Shown in pieces: positions 1-13,816 of a stretch of DNA of 64,000 bases (its first letter is position 1; every line of letters begins with the position of its first letter). The DNA lies in NCBI GenBank assembly GCA_964016885.1, contig CAXHJY010001386.1:97388-161387 (forward strand). The letters are read 5' to 3'. The stretch is from Eledone cirrhosa. Its lineage: Eukaryota. The notes under the pieces were generated by a model. It made no database searches and was not told where the DNA came from. It saw nothing but the letters and a program-made list of their open reading frames with translations. The position numbers were made by a program, and so were the translations under genes.

Positions 1-299
1 GAAGCATATAGACAATATGCCCCCACACCCTCCCACTGCAAGGTGGTCGTGGAGGTGCCACGGCAAAAAAGCACCCAGCCCACACTGTAAAGTGGATGTG
101 TAGGCGCCACAAAAAAGCACCCAGCACTCACTGTAAATGAGGTTGGTGTTAAGAAGGGCATCCAGCTGTAGAAATCAAGCCAAATCAGTTCCTGTATGAG
201 CAAGGCATGGTCAGCCGACCAAACACTGCCCACAACAAGACAACCCGTCTAACCCATGTTAGCGTGGAAGAACAAACGTAAAACGGTGATGATGATGAT
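1..299 (+). mobile_element. RTE-clade LINE 3' UTR and (GAT)n tail (runs off window start)
   Basis: Near-identical to the reverse complement of the 3' UTR of the RTE at 56837-57130; ends ...CGTAAAACGGTGATGATGATGAT. Confidence 0.88.
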
Positions 300-446
300 A
301 TATATAGATATGGTGTGTTTCTTATTGGCAACATGACCCTCCCAAAGTATAACAATATCGGTTTCAACACACTTTTTCAGATAAAGAATCTTGCTAAACA
401 AATTCGGAAACGAAATATATAGATATATATATAGATATATATAGAT

Positions 447-862
447 TAGCATTGCAGGTGACATAGCTAACCTATTCATGGTATGGTGGGACAATAGACT
501 TAAACTTAAAGAACAATTAGAAGACAGCAATCCCTTAATCCTAATAATGTACTCCCGCTACGTTGATGATATAAACATCGTAGTAAAAACACCCCCACTA
601 GAGAACAGTCAGGAATTAGAGAAAAACACCATGGAAAGCATCCAGCAAATAGCTAACTCCATCCACCAGAGTATTAGAGTTACTATAGACTACCCAAGCA
701 AACACCCCAACCATCGATTACCTGTAGTAGACACAGAGCTCTGGTTAGATACCATTAATAACAAAAAACAAATCCTCCATTCCCATTATGCCAAACCCAT
801 GACTTCCAAATATCTGATCCACTGAAACTCAGCTGTTTCGGACCATACCAAAATCAACATAC
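447..862 (+). mobile_element. Penelope-like element (PLE) reverse transcriptase fragment
   Basis: Frame reads SIAGDIANLFMVWWD...YSRYVDDINI...RLPVVDTELW...KPMTSKYLIH*NSAVSDHTKINIL. YVDD core plus a PLE-type thumb; one in-frame TGA; cut by a TA tract and by an RTE tail. Confidence 0.8.
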
Positions 863-1019
863 TTGGTGTTAGGAAGGGCATCCAGCTGTAGAAATCAAGC
901 CAGATCAGTTCCTGTATGAGCAAGGCATGGTCAGCCGACCAGACACTGCACACAACAGGACAACCCGTCTAACCCATGCTAGCGTGGAAGAACGGACGTA
1001 AAACGGTGATGATGATGAT
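863..1019 (+). mobile_element. 5'-truncated RTE 3' tail
   Basis: Near-identical to 144-299; (GAT)n tail runs into (TA)n. Confidence 0.88.
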
Positions 1020-1052
1020 ATATATATATATATATAATGTATATATATATAT

Positions 1053-1084
<32 letters not shown>

Positions 1085-1315
1085 GCTATATATATATATA
1101 GCTATATATATATATAGCTATATATATATATATCTATATATATATATAGCTATATATATATATATCTATATATATATATAGCTATATATATATATATCTA
1201 TATATATATATAGCTATATATATATATATCTATATATATATATGCTATATATATATATATAATCTATATATATATATAATCTATATATATATATAATCTC
1301 TATATATATATAATC

Positions 1316-1369
<54 letters not shown>

Positions 1370-1390
1370 ATCTATATATATACATATAAT

Positions 1391-1422
<32 letters not shown>

Positions 1423-1505
1423 ATCTATATATATATATATATATATCATATATATATATATATAATCTATATATATATAATCTATATATGTACATAATAT
1501 ATATA

Positions 1506-1557
<52 letters not shown>

Positions 1558-1563
1558 TAATAT

Positions 1564-1636
<73 letters not shown>

Positions 1637-1767
1637 GTGAGGTTTTTTTTACAAAATGAAAAATAACCGAGGTGTCCTACACGAGTGGAAGTATAAAGAA
1701 AAAGGGATGAAATCGAAAATGCAACTGAAGTCTTATTTTTTTTAAAAATATATATATTTATTTGGTT

Positions 1768-1805
1768 CCTTTACCGGTTTCGCAGTTCTTCTGCTTTTCA
1801 AAAGG
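1768..1805 (-). ncRNA. Second, inverted copy of the minimal hammerhead motif
   Basis: Exact reverse complement of 1876-1913. Confidence 0.72.
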
Positions 1806-1875
1806 TGAGTTGAGATGGAGGGTCTGTGGTTTTTCTCACATGTGTGAAAAACCACAGACCCTCCATCTCAACTCA

Positions 1876-1913
1876 CCTTTTGAAAAGCAGAAGAACTGCG
1901 AAACCGGTAAAGG
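1876..1913 (+). ncRNA. Minimal type I hammerhead ribozyme motif (U3:A8 variant)
   Basis: CCTT-TTGAAAA-GCAG-AAGAA-CTGC-GAAA-CCGG-TA-AAGG: helix I CCTT/AAGG, helix II GCAG/CTGC, GAAA, palindromic loop III, UH cleavage site. Confidence 0.72.
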
Positions 1914-1985
1914 AACCAAATAAATATATATATTTAAAAAAAAAATAAGACTTCAGTTGCATTTTCGATTTCATCCCTTTTTCTT

Positions 1986-2018
<33 letters not shown>

Positions 2019-2250
2019 TATATATATAATATATATATATATAATATATATATATATATATTATATATATATATATAATATATATATATATATAATATAT
2101 ATATATATATATTATATATATATATATATAATATATATATATATATAATATATATACAATATATATATATTATATATTATATATATATATATAATATATA
2201 TATATATACAATATATATATATATATATATTATATATTATATATATATAT

Positions 2251-2307
<57 letters not shown>

Positions 2308-2350
2308 CTATATATATATATATAATCTATGTATATATATATATATATAA

Positions 2351-2422
<72 letters not shown>

Positions 2423-3008
2423 CTCTATATATATATCTATATCTATATATATATATAATCTCTATATATATATCTATATCTATATATATATATAATCTAT
2501 ATATTTATATATATATAATCTATATATTTATATATATATAATCTATATATTTATATATATATAATCTATATATTTATATATATATAATCTATATATTTAT
2601 ATATATATAATCTATATATTTATATATATATAATCTATATATTTATATATATATAATCTATATATTTATATATATATAATCTATATATTTATATATATAT
2701 AATCTATATATTTATATATATATAATCTATATATTTATATATATATAATCTATATATTTATATATATATAATCTATATATTTATATATATATAATCTATA
2801 TATATATATATATATAATCTATATATATACATATATATATATATATAATCTATATATATATAATCTATATATATATATATAATCTATATATATATAATCT
2901 ATATATATATATATATATATATATAATCTATATATATATATATATATATATATAATCTATATATATATATATATATAATCTATATATATATAATCTATAT
3001 ATATATAA

Positions 3009-3052
<44 letters not shown>

Positions 3053-3658
3053 CTATATATATATATATAATCTATATATATATATATAATCTATATATAA
3101 TATATATATATATATATATAATCTATATATATATATATATAATCTATATATATATATATATATAATCTATATATATATATATATAATCTATATATATATA
3201 TATATATAATCTATATATATATATATATATAATCTATATATATATATATATATAATCTATATATATATATATATATAATCTATATATATATATATATATA
3301 ATCTATATATATATATATATATAATCTATATATATATATATATAATCTATATATATATATATATATAATCTATATATATATATATATATAATCTATATAT
3401 ATATATATATATAATCTATATATATATATATATATATAATCTATATATATATATAATCGGCTAATAATGGAGTCCAGAATTAGCCGTCGAAATGGCTTGA
3501 GCTCAGCTGTCGGGGTCTTACTGGTTCCTATATATAATCTATATATATATATATATATAATCTATATATATATATATATATAATCTATATATATATATAT
3601 AATCTATATATATATATATATATAATCTATATATATATATATATATATAATCTATATA

Positions 3659-3835
3659 TCATCATCATCATCATCATCATCATTTTACGTCCGCTTTTCC
3701 ATGCTTGCAAGGGTGGGACGGGAACTGATTCTGGCTTGATTTCTACAGCTGGATGCCCTTCCTAACACCAACCTCATTTACAGTGAGTGCTGGGTGCTTT
3801 TTTTCCGTGGCACCTCCACGACAACGTTTGCAGTG
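3659..3835 (-). mobile_element. RTE 3' tail fragment with internal deletions
   Basis: (CAT)n followed by TTTCTACAGCTGGATGCCCTTCCTAACACCAACCTCATTTACAGTG, shared with the other RTE 3' UTRs. Confidence 0.85.
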
Positions 3836-3909
3836 AAATGATGATAGGACTGGAGTCCTATCATCATTTCACTGCAAACGTTGGATGATAGGACTGGAGT
3901 CCTATCATC

Positions 3910-4052
3910 TCATTTCTACAGCTGAGTAAACTGGAGCAATGTGAAATAAAGTGTCTTGCTCAAGGAAACAACACATCACCCGGTCTGAGAATTGAACTCA
4001 CAACCTTTCGATTGCAAGGCCAATGCTCTAACCACTAAGCCATGTGCCTCCA
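3910..4052 (-). mobile_element. tRNA-derived SINE, 5' half
   Basis: Minus strand has A box TGGCTTAGTGG and B box GAGTTCAATTC, then CCTTGAGCAAGACACTTTATTTCACATTGCTCCAGT. Related copies at ~16620-16750, 28070-28160, 37265-37530 and 47997-48260. Confidence 0.8.
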
Positions 4053-4851
4053 TATATATATATATATATTCTATATATATATATAATCTATATATATATA
4101 TATTCTATATATATATATAATCTATATATATATATATATATAATCTATATATATATATATATAATCTATATATATTTATATATATATATATATATATATA
4201 ATCTATATATATATATATATATAATCTATATATATATATATATATATATAATCTATATATATATATATATATATAATCTATATATATATATATATATATA
4301 ATCTATATATATATATATATATATAATCTATATATATATATATATATATAATCTATATATATATATATATATATATAATCTATATATATATATATATATA
4401 TATAATCTATATATATATATATATATATAATCTATATATATATATATATATAGTCTATATATATATATATATAGTCTATATATATATATATATATATAGT
4501 CTATATATATATATATATATATAGTCTATATATATATATATATATATAATCTATATATATATATATATATAGTCTATATATATATATATATATAATCTAT
4601 ATATATATATATATATAATCTATATATATATATATATATATATATAATCTATATATATATATATATAATCTATATATATATATATATATATAATCTATAT
4701 ATATAATCTCTCTCTCTATATATATATATATATATAATATATATAATCTATATATATATATATATATATAATATAATCTATATAATCTATATATATATAT
4801 ATATATAATCTATATATATATATATATAATCTCTCTCTCTATCTCTCTCTT

Positions 4852-4885
<34 letters not shown>

Positions 4886-5316
4886 ATCTATATATATATA
4901 TATATAATCTATATATATATATATATAATCTATATATATATATATAATCTATATATATATATATAATCTATATATATATATATATAATCTATATATATAT
5001 ATATAATCTATATATATATATATAATCTATATATATATATATATATATATATAATCTATATATATATATATATATAATCTATATATATATATATAATCTA
5101 TATATATATATATATAATCTATATATATATATATAATCTATATATATATATATATAATCTATATATATATATATAATCTATATATATATATATAATCTAT
5201 ATATATATATATATATATAATCTATATATATATATATATATATAATCTATATATATATATATATATAATCTATATATATATATATATAATCTATATATAT
5301 ATATATATATATATAA

Positions 5317-5361
<45 letters not shown>

Positions 5362-5389
5362 TAATCTATATATATATATATATATATAA

Positions 5390-5434
<45 letters not shown>

Positions 5435-5464
5435 TAATCTATATATATATATATATATATAATC

Positions 5465-5541
<77 letters not shown>

Positions 5542-5691
5542 ATCTATATATGTATATATATGTATATATATGTATATAATGTATATATATGTATATATGT
5601 ATATATATGTATATATATATATATAATGTATATATATGTATATATATAATCTATATATATATATATATAATCTCTCTCTCTCTCTCTCTCG

Positions 5692-5739
<48 letters not shown>

Positions 5740-6954
5740 TATATATATATATATATATATATATAATCTCTCTATATATATATATATAATCTCTCTATAT
5801 ATATATATATAATCTATATATATATATATATATAATCTCTATATATATATATATATAATCTATATATATATATATATATAATCTCTATATATATATATAT
5901 ATAATCTATATATATATATATATATAATCTATATACATATATATATATAATCTATATATATATATATATATATAATCTATATATATATATATATATATAA
6001 TCTATATATATATATATATATAATCTATATATATATATATATATATATAATCTATATATATATATATATATATATATAATCTATATATATATATATATAT
6101 ATATATAATCTATATACATATATATATATAATCTATATATATATATATATATATATATAATCTATATATATATATATATATAATCTATATATATATATAT
6201 ATATAATCTATATATATATATATATATATAATCTATATATATATATATATATATAATCTATATATATATATATATATATATAATCTATATATATATATAT
6301 ATATATATAATCTATATATATATATATATATAATCTATATATATATATATATAATCTATATATATATATATATATATAATCTATATATATATATATATAT
6401 AATCTATATATATATATATAATCTATATATATATATATAATCTCTATATATATATATAATCTATATATATATATATATAATCTATATATATATATATATA
6501 TATATAATCTATATATATATATATATATATATAATCTATATACATATATATATATAATCTATATATATATATATATATATATATAATCTATATATATATA
6601 TATATATAATCTATATATATATATATATATAATCTATATATATATATATATATATAATCTATATATATATATATATATATAATCTATATATATATATATA
6701 TATATATAATCTATATATATATATATATATATATAATCTATATATATATATATATATAATCTATATATATATATATATAATCTATATATATATATATATA
6801 TATAATCTATATATATATATATATATAATCTATATATATATATATAATCTATATATATATATATAATCTCTATATATATATATAATCTATATATATATAT
6901 ATATAATCTATATATATATATATATATATATAATCTATATATATATATATATAA

Positions 6955-6988
<34 letters not shown>

Positions 6989-7062
6989 AATTATATATAT
7001 ATATATAGATTATATATAGATTATATATAGATTATATATATATATTTATAATCTATATATAA

Positions 7063-7120
<58 letters not shown>

Positions 7121-7280
7121 CTCTCTCTCTCTCTCTCTCTCTCCCTCCCTCTCTCTCTCTCTCTCCCTCCCCCTCTCTCTCTCTCCCTCTCTCTCTATAT
7201 ATATATATATAATCTATATATATATATAATCTATATATATATATATATAATCTATAAATATATATATGTATATATATATC

Positions 7281-7311
<31 letters not shown>

Positions 7312-7339
7312 ATCTCTATATATATATATATATATATAA

Positions 7340-7488
<149 letters not shown>

Positions 7489-7513
7489 CTATATATATAT
7501 ATATATATATATA

Positions 7514-10500
7514 TCATCATCATCAACGTTTAACGTCCGTGTTCCACGCTTGCATGGTTTTGGACGGGGGTATTCCCACTTGAGGCAAGAGTGATTGTCT
7601 TGCTTGCATAGGACTGTCTGGCAGGTTTCCTACAGTTGGATGCCCTTTCTAACACCAACCACATTTACAGTGTGGGTCTGGGAGGTTTTTACCGTGTTGC
7701 CTACACGGCCACATTACAGCGTGGACTGTGTGTTTTTTGTCGTGACACCTACATGATCTCATTTGTTTCGGCCTGGATGGCGCGGCAGCAACATAACTTA
7801 ACATAGAATGGGGTGGTGTGGATGTGGTGGGACGGGGGTGTATTTTGTTAGAGATGCCTACTGGCTGTAGTAGGTTTTACTATGTATTTAGGTAAGGCGG
7901 GTCTTCTCTGTCACTGAGTACCGCCAAAGGTCTCGGTTCAGTGACATTGTCTTGGAGACGTGTAAGTGTGTGAGGTCGGAGTTTATCAGCTCGTCCCAGG
8001 TTTTTCTAGGTCTGCCTATTCCGTGGCTACCGTCTATCTTTATTGCCCTGCACTTTGTTATACAGCTATCGACTTTCATGCGCATCACGTGTCCATACCA
8101 ACGTAGCCTTCTCTCGAGTAAACATCTGATCCCTCTTATTTCTAATTTTTTCCTTAGTTCGTTTATGCTTTGCCGTTCACGTATATTACTATTACACATC
8201 CAGCGGAGCATGCAAGCTTCGTTCCTCTCTATCCTGCGTATATCCTCTGCACACAATGCCCAGGCCTCACTGTCATGCAACATTGCTGTTCGTATGCAGG
8301 CATCATACAACTTGCCTTTCATTTTTAGGGAGAACCCTTTAGCAGCTAATAGTGGTATAAGCTCTCTGAACTTTTTCCATCCAGTTCTGACTCTAGCTAC
8401 TGTACTTTCAGAGCACCCTTCCCCACTGCTGATTTTGTCGCCCAGGTAACGGAAGCTGTCCACTATTTCTGTAGAACCCTCTGCGCAATTGAAAGAGCTA
8501 GTATTTGTGGGCACTTGCTGCTACTTATTGCACCAGAGCACCGGCCACATGTAAAATCTATGTTCTTAGTTAGCTTACCTGTGATCCCACTACACCTTTT
8601 ATGCACCCATACCTTGCATTTGGGACATAAAACGGAGTTTCTACCTACGCCTTTCCTACACACTGAGCATGGCCATTTCTCAGAAGGGACCGCCGCCTTA
8701 TTTTCTTTCCTACAAACTAGAACTTTAGTCTTAGCCAGGTTAATTTTTAGTCCTTTTGATTCTAGGCCGTGCTTCCATGTTTGGAATTTCTTCTCTAGCT
8801 CGGCCATTGATTCAGCTATGAGTGTCAGGTCGTCTGCGTATAGGAGTTCCCATGGGCAGCCGGTCTTGAACTCCTCTGTTATAGCCTGACGGGCAATAAT
8901 AAATAGTAGGGGGCTGAGAACAGAGCCCTGATGGACGCCAACTTGTACGCTAAACTCTTCACTATATTCGTTGTTAATTCTAACCTTGCTGACTGTTTCT
9001 TTATACATGGCTTGTATAGCTCTCACAAGCCATTCATCAACACCTAGTTTTCTAAGAGCCCACCAGATAATGGAACGGGGGACTCTGTCGAAGGCCTTCT
9101 CCAAGTCGACGAAAGCTAAGTATAGGGGTTTACTTTTAGCTAGATACTTCTCCTGTAGTTGTCGTACAATGAAAAGAGCGTCTGTGGTACTTTTGCCTGA
9201 CACAAACCCGAACTGCATTTCATCTAGATCAATTCGCTCTCTGATTAGTTGCGCTATTACTTTTTCTGTGACCTCCATGACCTGGTCAATTAATTTAATG
9301 CCTCTATAGTTACTCCTATCTAGGGCATCTCCTTTACCCTTATAACAGTTAACGGTGATGCTGCTACGCCAGTCCTTCGGAACAACCCCATTCTGTATGA
9401 CTTGGTTGACTATCCGGGTGACCATGGTGTGTCCCACCGTACCAGATGCCTTCAGCATCTCGGCAACTATTTCCGAAGGCCCAGCCGCCTTGCCTGTCTT
9501 CATATCTTTGATTGCCTTACTTATTATACTACCCTCGACTAACACTGCTGGTCCCTCTATTGGGTCGATGTGGGGGAGACTGTCTTTCTCCCATTTATTC
9601 TCCTCATTTAGAAGCCTTTCATAGTGACACTTCCAAGCTACCTTCTTATCGGCGTCGGTGATGGCAAGTACGCCGTCATCGTTAAGTACACACTTCTCCC
9701 CGACAATATCACTGTTTTCCTTGACACATTGCCTAGCAATCCTGAACACCTCACGTTTTTGGTCCTCACGTTGTAGAACATGCTTGAACTTTCTTTCCTC
9801 TGCTTCCCTTCTTGCGAAGTACACTTGTCTCCTAGCTTCCCTCCTGGCCACTAGATAGTCTTCTCTGCTTCCCCCATCCCGCCATACTTTCCAAGCCTGC
9901 TTTTTGGCCTTAATTGACCCCTCCACCTTACTGTTCCACCACCATGTTACTCTCCTCCTGCCTACAGGCCTGCTCCAGCCACAGACTTCGTCTGTTGCCG
10001 TCAGCAGGTTTGCTTTCAGGAATTCCCACTGTTCCTCTACCTTGTACGACTCTAATTGCTCTTCCTTACTGTCGAAAGCATCAAGTAATATGCTTTGGAA
10101 TTTATTTTTGGCTGTGGGGTCCTTTAGCTTCCATATTTTTCTCCTGAGGATAGTCCTCTTCTGTTGTCTAGTACGTCTCGTCCTGACTATTAGGTCGCTA
10201 ATTATCAGTCTATGTTGGGAGGTGCATTCTTCATGGGGGAGGGATTTAGTGTTTACAACAGTCACTTTGTCACGTCTTCAGGTAAGGATATAATCTACCT
10301 GGCTGGTATGTTCCCCTGATCTGTAGGTGATCAAGTTATTGTCTCGTTTTTTGAAGTTAGTGTTGCAGATAGTTAGGTTATTTGCGTCACAGAATTCCAG
10401 GATTCTGGAGCCTTCCTCATTTCTAGTACCAAACCCATAGCCTCCATGGATTTCGTCGTAGCCGTCACAATGTTGTCCAACATGACCGTTTAGGTCGCCT

Positions 10501-10700
10501 GCAATAATTATATAGTCACTGTCGGTTATTTGGGAGGTAGTGAGCATCAGTGTCTCATAGAATCTGTCTTTTATAGTGCTGGGCAGTCCGGATTGGGGTG
10601 CGTACGCGGATATTACTGTCACCGTGGTTCTATTGAGGACAAGTCTTATTTTAATTATTCTGTCGTTCACTCTATTTACGTCTATTATCTTATCTGCCCA
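7514..10700 (-). mobile_element. RTE-clade LINE, 5'-truncated within the APE domain, near-intact
   Basis: APE motifs (SAYAPQ, GDLNGHVG, SQVDYIL) and RT motifs (VDLEKAFD, GVHQGSVLSP, YADD, FRYLG), C-terminal RLRWYGHVMR, 3' UTR and (GAT)n tail; flanked by (TA)n on both sides. Confidence 0.96.
7888..10700 (-). pseudogene. RTE APE-RT ORF with one TGA (10278-10280) and one frameshift (~8515)
   Basis: ORFs 10278-10670, 8463-10265 and 7888-8514 join into one RTE polyprotein. Confidence 0.9.
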
Positions 10701-10731
<31 letters not shown>

Positions 10732-11150
10732 ATCTCTCTCTATATATATATATAATCTATATATATATATAATCTCTCTATATATATATATAATCTATAT
10801 ATATATATATATAATCTATATATATATATAATCTATATATATCTATATATAATCTATAAATATATATATAATCTATATATATATATATATATAATCTATA
10901 TATATATATATATATAATCTATATATATATATATATATAATCTCTATATATATATAATCTATATATATATATATAATCTCTATATATATATATATATATA
11001 TAATCTATATATATATATATATATAATCTATATATATATATATAATCTATATATATATATATATAATCTCTCTATATATATATATAATCTCTCTCTATAT
11101 ATATATAATCTCTCTATATATATATATAATCTCTCTATATATATATATAA

Positions 11151-11185
<35 letters not shown>

Positions 11186-11360
11186 ATATATATATATATA
11201 TAAAATCTATATATATATATAATCTATATATATATATATATAATCTATATATATATATATAAAATCTATATATATATATAAAATCTATATATATATATAT
11301 ATATAATCTATATATATATATATATATATATAATCTATATACATATATATATATATATAA

Positions 11361-11396
<36 letters not shown>

Positions 11397-12803
11397 CTAT
11401 ATATATATATATATAATCTATATATATATATATATATATAATCTATATATATATATATATAATCTATATATATATATATATATATAATCTATATATATAT
11501 ATATATAATCTATATATATATATATAATCTATATATATATATATAATCTATATATATATATATATAATCTATATATATATATATATATAATCTATATATA
11601 TATATATATAATCTATATATATATATATATAATCTATATATATATATATATAATCTATATATATATATATATAATCTATATATATATATATATAATCTAT
11701 ATATATATATATATAATCTATATATATATATATATATATAATCTATATATATATATATATAATCTATATATATATATATATAATCTATATATATATATAT
11801 ATAATCTATATATATATATATATAATCTATATATATATATAATCTATATATATATATATATAATCTATATATATATATATATAATCTATATATATATATA
11901 TATAATCTATATATATATATATATATAATCTATATATATATATATATAATCTATATATATATATATATAATCTATATATATATATATATAATCTATATAT
12001 ATATATATATAATCTATATATATATATATATATAATCTATATATATATATATATAATCTATATATATATATATATAATCTATATATATATATATATAATC
12101 TATATATATATATATATAATCTATATATATATATATATATAATCTATATATATATATATAATCTATATATATATATATAATCTATATATAATCTATATAT
12201 AATCTATATATATCTATATATATATATATATAATCTATATATATATATAATCTATATATATATATATATAATCTATATATATATATATATATAATCTATA
12301 TATATATATATATAATCTATATATATATATATATAATCTATATATATATATATATATAATCTATATATATATATATATAATCTATATATATATATATATA
12401 ATCTCTATATATATATATATAATCTCTATATATATATATATAATCTATATATATATATATATATAATCTATATATATATATATATATAATCTATATATAT
12501 ATATATATAATCTATATATATATATATATAATCTATATATATATATATATAATCTATATATATATATATATAATCTATATATATATATATATAATCTATA
12601 TATATATATATATAATCTATATATATATATAATCTATATATATATATAATCTATATATATATATATATAATCTATATATATATATATACAATCTATATAT
12701 ATATAATCTCTATATATATATATAGATATAGATATAGAGATAGAGATAGAGATACATATATATAGATATATAGGTATATAGATATAGATATATATATAGA
12801 TAT

Positions 12804-13816
12804 GTTTCTTTTATTTGCCACCAGGGCATCAAAAGTGGGACAAGTACAATGGGGGGAGTTTACAAAACAAGGCGTCCTCAATAAGGAGGAGGCAAAACAA
12901 AATATAAAAATAAAATAAAATATAACAGAATAAAATATATAACAAAATTCTCAATAGAGAGGAGGCGCCTTGGGGGGTCGCACACACCCCCGAAAAAAAG
13001 TGTGCAACCCTTTTCCTCAGGAGCACAGAGAAGGGGTGCTCCCTTGGTCTTTCATCTTCCTCACCTATAGTCTGATGTAGAGTGAAGGCCCATTCACACG
13101 GGCCATTCTCGCCACTTTCACCCATCTTTCATAAAAACGGCTGGGGTGCAGCACCTCTCTCTCCATCCTGATCCTTCTTCCGAAATGATATCGGAAGAAA
13201 CGGACCAGTTGTTGGCCAGAGAGAAAGGTGTCTGACCTCAGTCCTTTCAGACGCGTCCACCATACAACCGCTTTCGCCATGGCTATTACGCACAGAAACA
13301 CCGCCTCTTCTTCGTTTTTGAAGAGGGGAGGCGGCTTGATCGTTACAATAGACTCGGTGGTCAACCGGATCGGTCCCACCCTTGACAGCAGTTGTTCGAC
13401 ATAGCCCCACAGATCGGCTACGCCCGAGCAGTGTACCAATGTGTGTGCAACGGTTTCCGCGTCGCACACGCATCTGGGACAGATCTTTTTCGAGGGGTCC
13501 CTACCCGGGCGCCCATGTCTGTAGAGCCTTTCTCGAACGGGCAGAGCCCTTCTGTTGCATTGCCAGGCCAGGGACCTCTGGAAGTTATCCATGGGTCCCG
13601 GGCTGAATGTCCTACCGAACAGGTTGGCCAGTTCCTCTTCCTCCATGTCTAGGGCTTCTCCGAGGGCGTCGTCGCACCTGCTAACCACCAGCCCTCTATA
13701 GAATGACGAGGTGGATTCTCCACTGACAGCCGGGTCCGCCTGCCAGAGAGCCGTGAGCGCCTGGGCACACTCGGTGTCCCAGGCGCCCAGTTTTCTCGGT
13801 CTTTGCTTGACCCAGG
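12804..13816 (-). mobile_element. L1/Tx1-group LINE 3' end (zf-RVT/CCHC region plus 3' UTR)
   Basis: ORF 13065-13844 has CPRCVCDAETVAHTLVHC and AKAVVWWTR; AATAAAAGAAAC at the 3' end; flanked by (TA)n and (GATA)n. Confidence 0.82.

Larger units (their letters stand above)
1692..1989. repeat. ~149-bp-arm palindrome with no spacer, probably derived from a PLE pseudo-LTR
   Basis: 1692-1840 is the reverse complement of 1841-1989, centred on CACA|TGTG; one mismatch near the centre and a T/A run-length difference. Confidence 0.93.

Noticed and set aside
350-390. Hammerhead-like CTGAAAAAG...GAAACCGATA on the minus strand
   Set aside because: No helix II or helix I pairing; at best a decayed pLTR motif.
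823-825. In-frame TGA in the PLE RT as selenocysteine (some Naiad PLEs encode selenoproteins)
   Set aside because: The position (YLIH*NSA) is not an obvious Cys site and is simply explained as CGA>TGA; no SECIS seen, and the copy is a fragment.
3975-4052. tRNA gene
   Set aside because: A and B boxes are present, but the sequence continues into a SINE body with several decayed copies; no intact cloverleaf.
7952-10293. Plus-strand ORFs over the RTE (also at 54.8-59.6 kb)
   Set aside because: Antisense shadows of the RT frame with no recognisable motifs.
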